Shown here: in pieces, positions 1-10,128 of the stretch | How positions within the stretch are numbered: the stretch's first letter is position 1 | Layout of the letters: each line of letters begins with the position of its first letter | Source: Gemmatimonadota bacterium | GTDB taxonomy: Bacteria > Gemmatimonadota > Gemmatimonadetes > Gemmatimonadales > GWC2-71-9 | Direction: 5' to 3' | NCBI GenBank assembly: GCA_036679605.1 | Contig: JAZDCZ010000324.1 | Coordinates: forward strand, 101,375 to 165,374 | DNA: 64,000 nt | Made by a program: the position numbers and the translations under genes | Notes under the pieces: model-generated | What the model was told of the DNA's origin: nothing | Databases searched by the model: none | The model's input: the letters and a program-made list of their open reading frames with translations, nothing else

Positions 1-1651
1 CAGCAGCTTCCGCAACCGCTGGATGGGCTACTAGAGCGCTCTCGACTTCCATCGTTCCTATGCGGTGTCCGGCGACGTTGAGTACGTCATCGACTCGTCC
101 CAAGATCCAGAAATAGCCGTCTTCGTCTTTCTTGGCTCCATCACCGGCGAAATAGTATCCGGGATAGCGACTCCAATACTCTTTTCTATACCGTTTGTCG
201 TCGCCGTAAATGGTGCGCAGCATACCGGGCCAGGGCTTGCTGATCACAAGGTAGCCGCCGCCTACCTTGATGGGCTTACCGTCTCCGTCCAACAACTCTG
301 CGCTAATTCCTGGGAACGGTCTGGTCGCCGAGCCCGGTTTGGTGGTCGTTACGCCCGGCAATGGGGTGATCATTATCCCCCCGGTTTCGGTCTGCCACCA
401 TGTGTCCACGATTGGGCAACGTTTTCCACCGATGTAACGGTTGTACCAGATCCATGCTTCTGGGTTGATTGGTTCTCCGACCGTACCGAGCAGTCTGAGC
501 GTAGATAGATCATGCTGTTGCGGAAACTTGCGACCCCACTTCATGAATGCGCGAATAGCCGTGGGTGCGGTGTAAAAAATCGTAACTCCGTATCGCTCCA
601 CGATATCCCAGAACCGATTCTTCTCGGGCCAATCGGGTGAGCCCTCGTACATCACCGTAGTTGCACCGAGGGCCAGCGGTCCGTAAACGATGTACGTGTG
701 TCCGGTAACCCATCCGACGTCGGCGGAGCACCAGTACACGTCATCGTCCTTCAGGTCGAAGACCCAACGTGTAGTAGCGACGGCTTGTGTTAGATAGCCT
801 CCGGTGGTGTGAACTATTCCCTTCGGTTTACCGGTTGTGCCCGAGGTGTACAGCACGAAGAGCATGTCCTCGGCATCCATTACGGCGGGTTTGCAGTAAG
901 TCTTTGCCCCCGCCATTAGGTCGTGGTACCAGTGGTCTCGTCCGCTGCACATGTCAACGGATGAGTCTTCGTTATCCGTCTGCAACTGTCGGCGGACGAC
1001 TACCACATCGGTTATGGAGGCTGTGTTCTTCAGTGCCTCGTCCACGTTGTGTTTGAGAGGGACCTTTTGGCCACGGCGATACCCGAAGTCTGCGGTAACG
1101 ACAATCTTGGCCTCGGCGTCGTTGATGCGACCGCTCAACGAATCTGCGGAGAAGCCCCCGAATACGACCGAATGCGGTGCTCCGATTCGCGCGCATGCCA
1201 GCATCGCGACTACGACCTCCGGGATCATCGGCATGTAGATCGCTACGCGATCTCCGCGCCTCACCCCCAGAGACTTGAGCACATTCGCAAACTGGTTGAC
1301 CTCTCTGTAAAGCTCCCAGTACGTGATGACTCTCTTGTCGCCGGGCTCGCCCTCCCAGAGCAGAGCGACCTTGTTGCGTGTGGCCGTCCTAACGTGTCGG
1401 TCGAGACAGTTCACTGACGCATTGATCTTGCCTCCCACGAACCACTTGGCATGCGGCGCTTTCCACTTGAGGACCTGTTTCCACGGTTTGATCCAGTCGA
1501 GTTGGCGTGCTTGCTTCGCCCAGAAACGTAGGCGCGCACTCGACGCTTCCCGGTGGATGGTTTTCGATCGGATATTGGCCCTCTGTTTGAAGTCCTTTGG
1601 TGGCGGGAAAGAACGGGTTTCGCTCAGTAGGGTGTCGATTCGTTCCGTCAA
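1..1651 (-). CDS. acs: Acetyl-CoA synthetase, 3' end runs off the window
   Basis: Absent from the ORF track. Manual translation from TTG at 1651 (GGAGG 5 nt upstream) gives [18 protein letters not shown]..., with the AMP-binding motif [12 protein letters not shown] at ~819-853. Confidence 0.93.
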   Translation of the reverse strand, partial: MTERIDTLLSETRSFPPPKDFKQRANIRSKTIHREASSARLRFWAKQARQLDWIKPWKQVLKWKAPHAKWFVGGKINASVNCLDRHVRTATRNKVALLWEGEPGDKRVITYWELYREVNQFANVLKSLGVRRGDRVAIYMPMIPEVVVAMLACARIGAPHSVVFGGFSADSLSGRINDAEAKIVVTADFGYRRGQKVPLKHNVDEALKNTASITDVVVVRRQLQTDNEDSSVDMCSGRDHWYHDLMAGAKTYCKPAVMDAEDMLFVLYTSGTTGKPKGIVHTTGGYLTQAVATTRWVFDLKDDDVYWCSADVGWVTGHTYIVYGPLALGATTVMYEGSPDWPEKNRFWDIVERYGVTIFYTAPTAIRAFMKWGRKFPQQHDLSTLRLLGTVGEPINPEAWIWYNRYIGGKRCPIVDTWWQTETGGIMITPLPGVTTTKPGSATRPFPGISAELLDGDGKPIKVGGGYLVISKPWPGMLRTIYGDDKRYRKEYWSRYPGYYFAGDGAKKDEDGYFWILGRVDDVLNVAGHRIGTMEVESALVAHPAVAEAA

Positions 1652-1934
1652 GGAAGCCTCCGTCGCTCCGGATGAGACCGTCTGGTAACAGGGGTTATTC
1701 GGGGTTCATATTTAACTTGGTTTTGACCATCGGCGCCATGGCATATGACGTGTCTCCCTGCGAAGTGCTAGAGTCCGGCTAGGTGATGTACCTCACATGT
1801 CTATCAGTAAGCCCTGACGTGTCAACGTCTTACAATGTTGTAACCGACTCTTGCTTCTGTGGAAGCACCGGTGCCCGTTTGATAGTCTATGGGAATCGTT
1901 GGGGCAGGACATGAATTCTTGTATTGACTGGGAG

Positions 1935-2261
1935 ATGCCAGTTGTGACTAAATCGACTGGAGGCAACCGGGTAGTGGTTGCTCCTGAGGAACTCGGTCTG
2001 GATTCTCGGATGGTGTTTCGTCGCGAGGCATTAGAGGCGCTCGAGGTGATGTCGTCTGGCGCGCATGCGCTCGAGATCGATTTTTCCTCCACGCGCTCGA
2101 TGGACAGTTCCGGGCTGGGCGCACTCATTGTCGTTCAGCGGAAGGCCGCCGAATACCAAGTGTCAGTCCGACTGCGCGGACTCAGTCAGGAACTCAGATT
2201 TCTCCTCGCGTTGACTAAGTTGGAGGATCTCTTCGAGATCGATATAGCAGAAGAGGTCTAA
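1935..2261 (+). CDS. STAS-domain protein (anti-sigma factor antagonist type)
   Basis: IDFSSTRSMDSSGLGAL matches the SpoIIAA/RsbV phospho-Ser motif; C-terminal LTKLEDLFEI. Start ATG 1935 preferred over TTG 1851. Confidence 0.85.
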   Translation: MPVVTKSTGGNRVVVAPEELGLDSRMVFRREALEALEVMSSGAHALEIDFSSTRSMDSSGLGALIVVQRKAAEYQVSVRLRGLSQELRFLLALTKLEDLFEIDIAEEV

Positions 2262-2383
2262 CCTTATCGGTAACGGATCGGTGCTATATTGCGGCCGTCA
2301 CATGTCTATTTCTTCAAGATCTACTTCACAAGGAAGCGCTCAAGGATGCGTTTTCTTGGCTTCAATGATGCTAGTCTGAACTC

Positions 2384-3073
2384 GTGTCTATCTCTGGGGG
2401 CAGTAGCCAGCCGGTCCTCGTAGCCAACGGCGTCACTCGTCGCTTCGGACATCGTGTGGTGGTAGATGATGTCTCTCTGGATGTGAAGTGTGGCGATTCA
2501 ATTCTCCTGATAGGGCACAATGGAGCTGGAAAGACAACTCTTCTCCGGCTCCTGGCCGGCCTTCTTCGGCCCAACGCCGGGACCGTGCGCAGAACGGGTA
2601 CGATTGGGATGGTGGCGCACCAGTCGATGCTCTACGATTCCCTCACCGCCAGGGAGAACCTCGCTTTTGCTGCGCGACTACATGGCGTAGTGAACACTGA
2701 ACGAATCGACGAGGTGCTCGAGAGGCTAGGGATCATTCAGCATGGCGACCGCAGAGTAGGAATCTTCAGTAGGGGAATGGTGCAGAGGTTGGCCATCGCG
2801 AGGGCGCTACTGCCAGACCCTGAGCTTCTCTTACTGGACGAGCCGTTGACCGGTCTTGATGACGCAGCTTCGGCGATAGCGCGAGAGTTGGTGGCTGATC
2901 TGCGCTCGCATGGCAAGGCAGTTCTTATCTCTACTCACCAGATAGTGGAATTAGTAGATCTCGTGTCGTCGGTTGGTTATCTCGTCAAGGGGAAGCTCGC
3001 CGCTTTCGAGCCCATAGATGGACGAGATGGTACAGCCGTTATCGATCGGTATCGGGAACTGGCAAATGGGTAA
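2384..3073 (+). CDS. ccmA: Heme exporter ABC ATPase CcmA
   Basis: Walker A GHNGAGKT, signature FSRGMVQR, Walker B LLLLDEP; directly upstream of ccmB and ccmC. Confidence 0.88.
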   Translation: MSISGGSSQPVLVANGVTRRFGHRVVVDDVSLDVKCGDSILLIGHNGAGKTTLLRLLAGLLRPNAGTVRRTGTIGMVAHQSMLYDSLTARENLAFAARLHGVVNTERIDEVLERLGIIQHGDRRVGIFSRGMVQRLAIARALLPDPELLLLDEPLTGLDDAASAIARELVADLRSHGKAVLISTHQIVELVDLVSSVGYLVKGKLAAFEPIDGRDGTAVIDRYRELANG

Positions 3074-3749
3074 TTCCTTCTGGGGCACTGCGATGGCAGT
3101 GGCGAGCAAGGACTTGACCATTGAATGGCGAACGCGAACAGCGTTTGCATCATCCATGGTTTTTGCTGTGTTGGTACTGGCGATTTTCTATCTCGCGCGC
3201 GATCCAACGGCTGTGGCGGCGATCGACGTAGCCCCCGGGGCATTGTGGGTCACTTTCACCTTCTCAGCAATGCTCGGACTAAACAGGGCGTTTCTACTGG
3301 AGCGGGACAATCGTGCACTAGATGGCATCTTGCTTAGTCCGGTATCACGCAACGCCGTGTTTCTTGGAAAACTGCTCGGCAACTTGGCCTTCGTTGGGGT
3401 CGTAGAACTCGTCTCGCTGCCACTTTTCGTATTGTTTTACAATCTGCCAATTTGGAGTCGACTACCGGCACTATTGGGGATAACAGCGATGGCGACGGTG
3501 GCGTTTGTCGTGGTTGGAACGTTGCTGAGTTCAATGGTTGTGCAGACTCGGTTTGCCGAGTTAATGCTCCCCATATTGCTATTACCATTCCTGCTGCCTC
3601 CCGTTGTCGCTGCAGTTCAACTCACATCGCGCGTCTTGGTGGGGAGACCCTTGAGCGAGATGGCCGGATGGCTTAAGTTGCTCGCGGCCTTCGACATCAT
3701 CTTTGTTGTTCTTTGCTTTCTACTTTTTGAGGCCACTCTCGAAGAATGA
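3066..3749 (+). CDS. ccmB: Heme exporter permease CcmB
   Basis: KDLTIEWR, ERDNRALDGILLSP, LGKLLGN and LMLPILLLP motifs, about 6 TM segments. ATG 3066 overlaps the end of ccmA. Confidence 0.9.
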   Translation: MGNSFWGTAMAVASKDLTIEWRTRTAFASSMVFAVLVLAIFYLARDPTAVAAIDVAPGALWVTFTFSAMLGLNRAFLLERDNRALDGILLSPVSRNAVFLGKLLGNLAFVGVVELVSLPLFVLFYNLPIWSRLPALLGITAMATVAFVVVGTLLSSMVVQTRFAELMLPILLLPFLLPPVVAAVQLTSRVLVGRPLSEMAGWLKLLAAFDIIFVVLCFLLFEATLEE

Positions 3750-4450
3750 CTCGACACGAGCGAGCACTAGCAATCTCCAAACGCGGTAGCATGATCACGG
3801 GTCTGGCCCTTCTTGGGCTGATCGGGATCTACGTACGGGCGCTCGCCTTCACGCCGATTGAACGAATCCAGGGTCCAGCGCAGAAAATCTTCTACGTTCA
3901 TGCTCCCGCGGCATGGTCGGCTCTGTTGGCCTTTGGTGTGACGGGTGTTGCGAGCCTGCTGTATCTGTGGCTAAGGGATCGCAAACTCGACATCATAGCA
4001 GCGTCGTCTGCCGAGATCGGCGTGGCTTTCTCAGTCATCATGCTCACTACGGGTCCGATCTGGGGTAGGGCGATCTGGGGCGATTGGTGGAGTTGGGATG
4101 CGCGCCTTACGTCAACACTCTTTATTTTCCTTCTGTTCATTGGATACTTGGTGTTACGCGACGCTCTTACCGATCCTGAGATGCGTGCCAGATATTCGGC
4201 GGTTATAGGTATCATGGCGCTCGTTCTCGTGCCGTTCATCCACATGACAGTTTACTTGTTTCGTACTCTACATCCGGCACCTGTTGTGATGAAGCCAAGC
4301 GCTCCCTCTATGCCCGGCAATATGTTGCTCACTCTGTTGTTGTCGTTCGCGGTATTTACTGTGCTCTATGTTGGCTTTCTTCTGCAGAGGTACGCCCTAG
4401 CTGTTTTGTCGGATGTGAAGGAGGAGATTGAAAGTGGGATACCCGGATAA
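3746..4450 (+). CDS. ccmC: Cytochrome c biogenesis protein CcmC
   Basis: WWD motif WGRAIWGDWWSWDARLT; His residues in YVHAP and RTLHP. Confidence 0.93.
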   Translation: MTRHERALAISKRGSMITGLALLGLIGIYVRALAFTPIERIQGPAQKIFYVHAPAAWSALLAFGVTGVASLLYLWLRDRKLDIIAASSAEIGVAFSVIMLTTGPIWGRAIWGDWWSWDARLTSTLFIFLLFIGYLVLRDALTDPEMRARYSAVIGIMALVLVPFIHMTVYLFRTLHPAPVVMKPSAPSMPGNMLLTLLLSFAVFTVLYVGFLLQRYALAVLSDVKEEIESGIPG

Positions 4451-4544
4451 CGGCGGTTATATGATAGCCGCATATGTAATTACGGCAGTGGTAGTAGTCG
4501 CATATGCCGTGTCTCTGCTAATCAGGATCAAGAAGGTGGGCTAG
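4434..4544 (+). CDS. ccmD: CcmD-like small membrane protein (36 aa)
   Basis: Below the ORF-track cutoff. GTG after GAGGAG gives MGYPDNGGYMIAAYVITAVVVVAYAVSLLIRIKKVG: AY motif, one TM helix, basic tail; overlaps the ccmC stop. Confidence 0.7.
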   Translation: MGYPDNGGYMIAAYVITAVVVVAYAVSLLIRIKKVG

Positions 4545-4569
4545 AGGAAAAGTCCCCGCTAGCCCACCT
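4534..4569. terminator. Hairpin between convergent ccmD and aquaporin genes
   Basis: 11-bp inverted repeat AGGTGGGCTAG / CTAGCCCACCT; no clear U-tract. Confidence 0.55.
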
Positions 4570-4575
4570 ATTTCA

Positions 4576-5256
4576 CTATCCCTTTTTGGGCAACAGCAAT
4601 CCCGCCCACAATCCAGCGGCTATGGCCCCTCCGAGCAGCGGTCCCACCCAGTAAGCAGCATGTCCTTCGAAGTCCATTGCAACCATTGCAGGTCCAAACG
4701 CTCTGGCGGGATTCATGGCGGCTCCAGTGAGGGGGCCGCCGACCAAGATGTCGAACAGGAGAACCAGCCCAATTCCGAAACCACCGACTTTTGGTGCATC
4801 GTCCGAAACGGCAGTGCCAAATACGGCGCTCACCAGGAAAAACGTCAGGATCGCTTCTATCGCGATGGCCTGCACCATACTGACCTCGGAGGCAATCTTG
4901 GGCGTACCGTAGCTCGCGAGTTCACCGGCTATTGACGGAAGAAGCGCGCGTACCAACAGGGCCGCAGCGACAGCGCCAAGAAGTTGCGCTACCACATACA
5001 TGCCCGCGAGCTTGCCGTCGATTTTCTTGGCTAGGAAGAGGGCCAATGTGACAGCCGGGTTGGCGTGTCCACCGGATATGTTCATCGTGGCGGTGACCAT
5101 GATCGATAGAACTAGGGCGTGGGCCAGTGCGACGCCTACGAGGCCCAGTGCACCCCCCGTGTGACTGTCCATTACCACGGCTCCGCCACCAATGAAAATC
5201 AGTCCAAAAGTTGCAAGGAATTCCGCCGCCAACGGGCGTGTGGCCGTCGTGTTCAT
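4576..5256 (-). CDS. MIP family channel (aquaporin)
   Basis: Two NPA boxes (GGHANPAVT, AMNPARAFGP), AEFLATF and YWVGPLLG. Start ATG 5256 with GGAG upstream. Confidence 0.92.
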   Translation of the reverse strand: MNTTATRPLAAEFLATFGLIFIGGGAVVMDSHTGGALGLVGVALAHALVLSIMVTATMNISGGHANPAVTLALFLAKKIDGKLAGMYVVAQLLGAVAAALLVRALLPSIAGELASYGTPKIASEVSMVQAIAIEAILTFFLVSAVFGTAVSDDAPKVGGFGIGLVLLFDILVGGPLTGAAMNPARAFGPAMVAMDFEGHAAYWVGPLLGGAIAAGLWAGLLLPKKG

Positions 5257-5288
5257 TAAGTCTGTCTCCATTTCAAGTGGTTGCCGGC

Positions 5289-6521
5289 TCAGGTTCGTCT
5301 GAACACGAGCGTCGCATTGATTCCGCCGAACCCGAACGAGTTGGAAATCGCGACTTCTGGTCGCGCTTCCAAGCCCCCGTTTGCCAGATAGCAAATGTCG
5401 CACTCGGGATCGGGATCATCGAGGTTGAGAGTCGGCGGTAGCCATCCGCGCGACATTCCCAGAGCGCACACGCTCGCCTCTATCGCTCCACTCGCGCCGA
5501 GTGGATGTCCATAGTAGCTCTTTGTTCCGCTAGCTGCCAGACGGTAGGCATGGTCTCCGAACACCTTCTTGATTGCGAGTGTCTCGGCGCGGTCGTTGAG
5601 CTGAGTCGAAGAGCCGTGTGCATTTATGTACTCGACGTCGGTTGGCTCTACCTTGGCATCGTCTAGGGCCAGCCGCATGGTTCGGGCGGCCTCTCTCGCG
5701 TCCGGTAGCGGTGCGGTAATGTGGTGGGCATCGTTGGTAACAGCGTATCCGATTAGTTCAGCGTAAAGCTTGGCGCCACGAGCTAAGGCTCGATCCTTTC
5801 TCTCGAGCACCAGTACTGATCCTCCCTCACCCATGACGAAGCCATCTCTGTTTGCGTCAAATGGTCTCGATGCTCGTTCGGGTTCGTCATTGCGCTTGGA
5901 CATTGCGCGGATGATAGCGAATGCCCCGAAACAGAGCGGGGCTAGCGGGGCCTCCGCACCTCCGACCAACATTATGTCTGCCTGACCGGAGCGTATGATG
6001 TGAAATCCATCGCCCACAGCGATCGTGCCGGAGGCACACGACATTGCATTAGTGGAGTTGGGGCCCGTGATACCGAATTCGATCGCGATATTGCACGAGA
6101 CCGCACCGCTGAAGACCGAAAGGGCAAGAGTTGGGGACACCGCCCGCAAGCCACCACTTATGTAAAGTTCCGACTGTCGCTCAGCGAACGCTATGCCTCC
6201 CAATGCCGAGCCCATCATCACGCCGACCCGATCCATTTTTTCCTGAGACAGGTCGAGCCCCGAATCTTCAAGGGCAAGGCGGGCAGACGCAACACCGAAC
6301 TGAGAGAATCGATCGAAACGGCGGACCGCTTTCCTCGAGAGATGGTCCTCTGGGTGAAAATCGTTTATCTCGGCTGCAACGCGACTATTGAACGGAGATG
6401 GATCGAACCTGGAAATTGCACGTACGGCCGAGCGTTTAGCTATGAGTCCTCTCCAGAACTGATCAACTCCGATACCTATGGGCGTAACAGTGCCGAGGCC
6501 CGTGATCACAACCTCAGTCAC
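5289..6521 (-). CDS. Beta-ketoacyl synthase, FabF / KS-alpha-like
   Basis: VVITGLG, catalytic Cys (MSCASG), His (HGSST), His (GHPLGASG), NSFGFGG. GTG 6521 overlaps the upstream TGA. Confidence 0.9.
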   Translation of the reverse strand: MTEVVITGLGTVTPIGIGVDQFWRGLIAKRSAVRAISRFDPSPFNSRVAAEINDFHPEDHLSRKAVRRFDRFSQFGVASARLALEDSGLDLSQEKMDRVGVMMGSALGGIAFAERQSELYISGGLRAVSPTLALSVFSGAVSCNIAIEFGITGPNSTNAMSCASGTIAVGDGFHIIRSGQADIMLVGGAEAPLAPLCFGAFAIIRAMSKRNDEPERASRPFDANRDGFVMGEGGSVLVLERKDRALARGAKLYAELIGYAVTNDAHHITAPLPDAREAARTMRLALDDAKVEPTDVEYINAHGSSTQLNDRAETLAIKKVFGDHAYRLAASGTKSYYGHPLGASGAIEASVCALGMSRGWLPPTLNLDDPDPECDICYLANGGLEARPEVAISNSFGFGGINATLVFRRT

Positions 6522-6973
6522 ATCAACTCCGCTTTCTGCTTGACGCCTACTAACGTGAGCGAGGCGATTCCGTGAATGAACACAGGTCCGATTAAGCAAT
6601 TGGCCACAGCAGCTCCTAGAAGAGGCACGGGAAGTCCGGTCCAACGATGAGTTATCGTGATTCGAACCTCGCTATTTTCGGTCGCGAGCTTCCACTCCAC
6701 GTCCATGCCCCGTGTTATGCCACGTACGTGTTCGTAGCGGATGACGTTTTCCTCATGGTCGACGCTCATGCGGGATTGCCACCATGTCGGATAGCGCAGT
6801 GGTCCGAACGGTCGCCAAGCGGCCATCTCGACCAGGCATCCGTGGGAGGTCCGTTCGAGCACGCGTACCCAGCGGTAGTGCTCCAGGAATTCCGGCCATT
6901 TTTCTACGTCTACCGCAGTAGCAAACACCCGCTCGATGGGAGCACGTACAGAAACTCGATCGACCGTCTCCAT
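6518..6973 (-). CDS. SRPBCC/START-family polyketide cyclase-like protein
   Basis: APIERVF...DVEKWPEFLEHY N-terminus typical of SRPBCC proteins; 151 aa; coupled to the ketosynthase. Confidence 0.8.
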   Translation of the reverse strand: METVDRVSVRAPIERVFATAVDVEKWPEFLEHYRWVRVLERTSHGCLVEMAAWRPFGPLRYPTWWQSRMSVDHEENVIRYEHVRGITRGMDVEWKLATENSEVRITITHRWTGLPVPLLGAAVANCLIGPVFIHGIASLTLVGVKQKAELM

Positions 6974-6974
6974 C

Positions 6975-7664
6975 TCACGCTCTCCAGGCGGCAACAAGCC
7001 GATAGCCGGGACGGCGGTAAACTTGAGTATCCAATCCGGCGGCAGTCAGCAGGGATTTCAGTTCGGATGGCGAAAATCCCCTGCGGACAGATATGACCGC
7101 GTCATGCCGGGTGGTGGGATGGAAACGTAGTAGCAAAGATGCCAGCCAAATCCCGGTTGCGGCTATGTGGGAGCGTTCGAGGTCTGCGACGACGATTCCG
7201 CGACGTGCGATGCGCACGCACTCTCGCAGTATGCCTACCGCAGCAGATCGAGTGAAGTGATGAAGCAACTGGCTCACAACGACGATATCGGCACAGCGGT
7301 CCGTCAGAGGAATTGAGCCGACATCGGCCACGAAGGACCTAAGACCTCTGTCACGACACATTCGAGCCGATTCCCGATGGACGTCTAGAGTAATGCAGTT
7401 CAACCTCACACAGTATCGGCTAGTTTGATGGTTCAAGTACTCAACAATGTCCCCGCTGCCGGCTCCGGCATCGAGCAAGGTGAACTCTTGAACGGCCTTC
7501 GTTCCGTTAAGCAGCCTCTTCACTCCGTAGGCAACGGCCGCGCGGCCTCCAAACAACTGATTCGCGCGAGTAATGTCGTGCAACGTAGCCCGAGCAAGCT
7601 TGGGATCGCATTCAGCACTATCTAGCGCCTCCTGCCCAATCCGTGAGATCTTGCTTGACGTCAC
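6975..7664 (-). CDS. Class I SAM-dependent methyltransferase
   Basis: LLDAGAGSGD motif I, SQLLHHF, HDAVISVRRGFS. GTG 7664 overlaps the flavin reductase TGA. Confidence 0.85.
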   Translation of the reverse strand: MTSSKISRIGQEALDSAECDPKLARATLHDITRANQLFGGRAAVAYGVKRLLNGTKAVQEFTLLDAGAGSGDIVEYLNHQTSRYCVRLNCITLDVHRESARMCRDRGLRSFVADVGSIPLTDRCADIVVVSQLLHHFTRSAAVGILRECVRIARRGIVVADLERSHIAATGIWLASLLLRFHPTTRHDAVISVRRGFSPSELKSLLTAAGLDTQVYRRPGYRLVAAWRA

Positions 7665-8115
7665 TTCAAAGTCGGCATCGCTCGGTAGCGACCCTGGTAG
7701 TGTAGAAGCGGTCGGCGATCGAACGTCGTGCCACCCGAGACTCGGCCCAAAAAAATAGTGTGATCTCCGGCGGCCAACGCCTTCCAAGGCTCACATAAGA
7801 TGTGTGCGACAACATTGTCTAGTAGTCGAACGCCGTGTGGACCGTCCTTGTAGCGAACATCGTGGAATCGCAGTGAGGACTCAGCTGCGAATTGTCGCGC
7901 GAAGCTCGTTTCATGACGACGTGAAGAGGGTCGCTGTGGTTAACGCATACCGAGATCAAAGGTGGTTCCAGTGAAACGGCGGTTACGGCGGTGGCTGTCA
8001 TTCCCGCCACGCTCCCTTGGCCATCCGTGGCGGTAATCACGCTGACGCCCGAGGCAAAATTGCCCATTAACTTACGGAAGTCGGACGGCGTCGCGGATAG
8101 CTTTGCTTCGGTCAT
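7661..8115 (-). pseudogene. Flavin reductase-like gene with an internal frameshift
   Basis: N-half FRKLMGNFASGVSVIT...VSLEPPL; the C-half continues in another frame after ~7900 (RQFAAE...AGDHTIFLGRV...PLLHYQGRY*). Span is 455 nt, not a multiple of 3. Confidence 0.8.
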
Positions 8116-9317
8116 CGCACCAGCTGCCAGAAAAATTGTGGACGAAGTACCTGGTGGGGCGGGACGAAATCCCCCGCAACTCCGATTAAGATGTCTGCAA
8201 GTCGTTGCTTGGCGGCAAGACGGCGGGCAACGTGATTGAGGGCCGCAGGATGTCCCACAAACCAGCTCACCAGGCGCTCTACCTTCCACTTCCCACCAAA
8301 TTCGCTTCGACGAATAGTATCGTAATGTGCCAGGTCGGACGCCTGCAATCTATCAGTTTCGAGTGCGGTAGCCGCCACCTCGGACGCCAACTCGGCTCCC
8401 CGCAGTGCTGCGAAGATTCCCTCGCCCGTAAAGGGATCATAAAAATCTGCGGCGTCGCCCACCAGTAGAACCCGATCGGCACATGCAGTCGTCGTGTAGC
8501 GCGCGAACGGACCCGCCCCACGTACTGGGGAAATGAACTGCGCTTTGGCCAATCGGTGGCTTACCGCGGGGAAGAATCGACGTAGGATGTCGCATACTAC
8601 GGAGACCGACGCCCCCGGTACCGTAATGCGCGTGACGTCCACCACGAGCGCGACGTTTGTAACGTCACCGCCGAGCGGAGCAAGGCCCACATATCCGATT
8701 GGAGCAACATGCATCTCGCCGACGTCTCGCATTCCGCCTACGTTGCGGGCGTGGGTTACTAGAGCAATGCGACGCAACTTACCTCGCCTGCCCACGCGCA
8801 ATTCGCTGGCTATACGAGAGTGCAGACCGTCGGCTCCCACAATGAGACGGCCCGAAATCACAAACGCACGTCGCCCGCTGCGGAGCAGTAACTGGCGGGA
8901 ACTACCGGCTGGCCCCAGACGCTCGACAGTAGCACTCTCCAGCAAGGTGGCTCCACTCTTGACGGCGAACTCGGCGAGGCACGCGTCCAGCACCGTCCTC
9001 GAGAGCGCTAGTCCATGGTCGGTGTAGGGGCGAAAGCCGTGAGATCCGTCGAACCATCCGGTGAACGAGGTTCCGTCAGCGGCGACTATTTGCATTCCAC
9101 TTAGTTTGTTGGGCGACTGACGCATCAGGAGTTCGGTAGCACCCAGGTGGTCGATAATCTTGGATATCTGAGGACTCAGGTATTCGGCGCACGGCTTCGT
9201 TCGAGGAAACTCATGGCGTTCCACCAGGGCAATGTGGAAGCCTCGTTGGGCCAGAAAGGCTGCCGTTGCGCTGCCCCCCGGTCCTGCTCCGACTACGATA
9301 GCATCATAGGTTTGCAT
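8112..9317 (-). CDS. FAD-dependent oxidoreductase (geranylgeranyl reductase-like)
   Basis: GAGPGG Rossmann motif, FPRTKPCAE, GADG, LVGDAADFYDPFTGEGI. Confidence 0.85.
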   Translation of the reverse strand: MQTYDAIVVGAGPGGSATAAFLAQRGFHIALVERHEFPRTKPCAEYLSPQISKIIDHLGATELLMRQSPNKLSGMQIVAADGTSFTGWFDGSHGFRPYTDHGLALSRTVLDACLAEFAVKSGATLLESATVERLGPAGSSRQLLLRSGRRAFVISGRLIVGADGLHSRIASELRVGRRGKLRRIALVTHARNVGGMRDVGEMHVAPIGYVGLAPLGGDVTNVALVVDVTRITVPGASVSVVCDILRRFFPAVSHRLAKAQFISPVRGAGPFARYTTTACADRVLLVGDAADFYDPFTGEGIFAALRGAELASEVAATALETDRLQASDLAHYDTIRRSEFGGKWKVERLVSWFVGHPAALNHVARRLAAKQRLADILIGVAGDFVPPHQVLRPQFFWQLVR

Positions 9318-9351
9318 TCATATCCTGGTACGGTTCCGATGTTCGTGCTTG

Positions 9352-10128
9352 CTACAGTAGTGACCAACAAGCTAATGAGATGAAGCCTCCAACTCCGGTC
9401 GCGACGAAGTTGACGCCATCGTTGTTAATCACGCTCCAGCCACGAACCTGTCTGGAGAGTCGACCGCAGGTGTGTCGAGGTCGCTCACACCACGTGTCAC
9501 AAGAATCGCAGCGATAGGATCCTTGGATCGTGGCGCCGAGCAGAGAATCGACCGTCATTCCTGCGAGGCCTCCTGCTAACGCTGCAAAGGCGGTGGCGGC
9601 TGCAACGCCGACCAGCATTGAAAGCCCGGCCATAGCGCTGACGCCGGCTAGACCACCCAGTGTGCCCAGAAGAGTGACCCCGCCCGATGTTCCCGGCTGG
9701 ACCTCCCGTCCTGTTGAGAGAAGGCGCGGTGGACGAGTGGAAAATGCCCCGATCTCAGTTGCCCAAGTATCTCCTTGAGCTGCCGCGAGAGCGCCGGTTA
9801 GGAGTGGCCAGCCGCCATCCGGGTAGGGAATTCCTATCAGGACCGCTCCAACGGCTGCCCATAACCCGTTCGCGATGACCTGGCTGGCGTCGCGGCCCGC
9901 CGTCGAGGGATTGCCAGGTACCGGTCGGAGTGAATGAGAGGCTCTGGTAAGGAGGCTGCTGGAAACGAAGAAGAGGGTTAGTAGGCTGGCCCCGCCCACG
10001 CTGGCGCCCGCGAAAATTGCAGTCCCGATCAGGGCAGCTGCGATCGCTCCACCGGTTGTTAGCCACCTGATTGTACGGCCGATCACTGCGAGTGTCCCCG
10101 CAAGTGCTCCGGCTACGGCAAGGGTCAC
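9352..10128 (-). CDS. DUF92 / TMEM19 family membrane protein
   Basis: RDASQVIANG, DTWATEIG, PGTSGGVT, DSLLGAT and NNDGVN motifs; Cys-rich insert CDSCDTWC...HTC. Confidence 0.85.
   Translation of the reverse strand: MTLAVAGALAGTLAVIGRTIRWLTTGGAIAAALIGTAIFAGASVGGASLLTLFFVSSSLLTRASHSLRPVPGNPSTAGRDASQVIANGLWAAVGAVLIGIPYPDGGWPLLTGALAAAQGDTWATEIGAFSTRPPRLLSTGREVQPGTSGGVTLLGTLGGLAGVSAMAGLSMLVGVAAATAFAALAGGLAGMTVDSLLGATIQGSYRCDSCDTWCERPRHTCGRLSRQVRGWSVINNDGVNFVATGVGGFISLACWSLL

Noticed and set aside
65..1782. Several plus-strand ORFs of 60-147 aa in the track
   Set aside because: They are antisense shadows of acs. The same applies to the many short ORFs opposite long genes throughout the window (e.g. 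22135-23043, 46554-47339).
8112..9317. Flavin-dependent halogenase, suggested by the adjacent flavin reductase
   Set aside because: There is no WxWxIP motif (the region reads GYVGLAPL); the motifs fit the geranylgeranyl-reductase-like family better.
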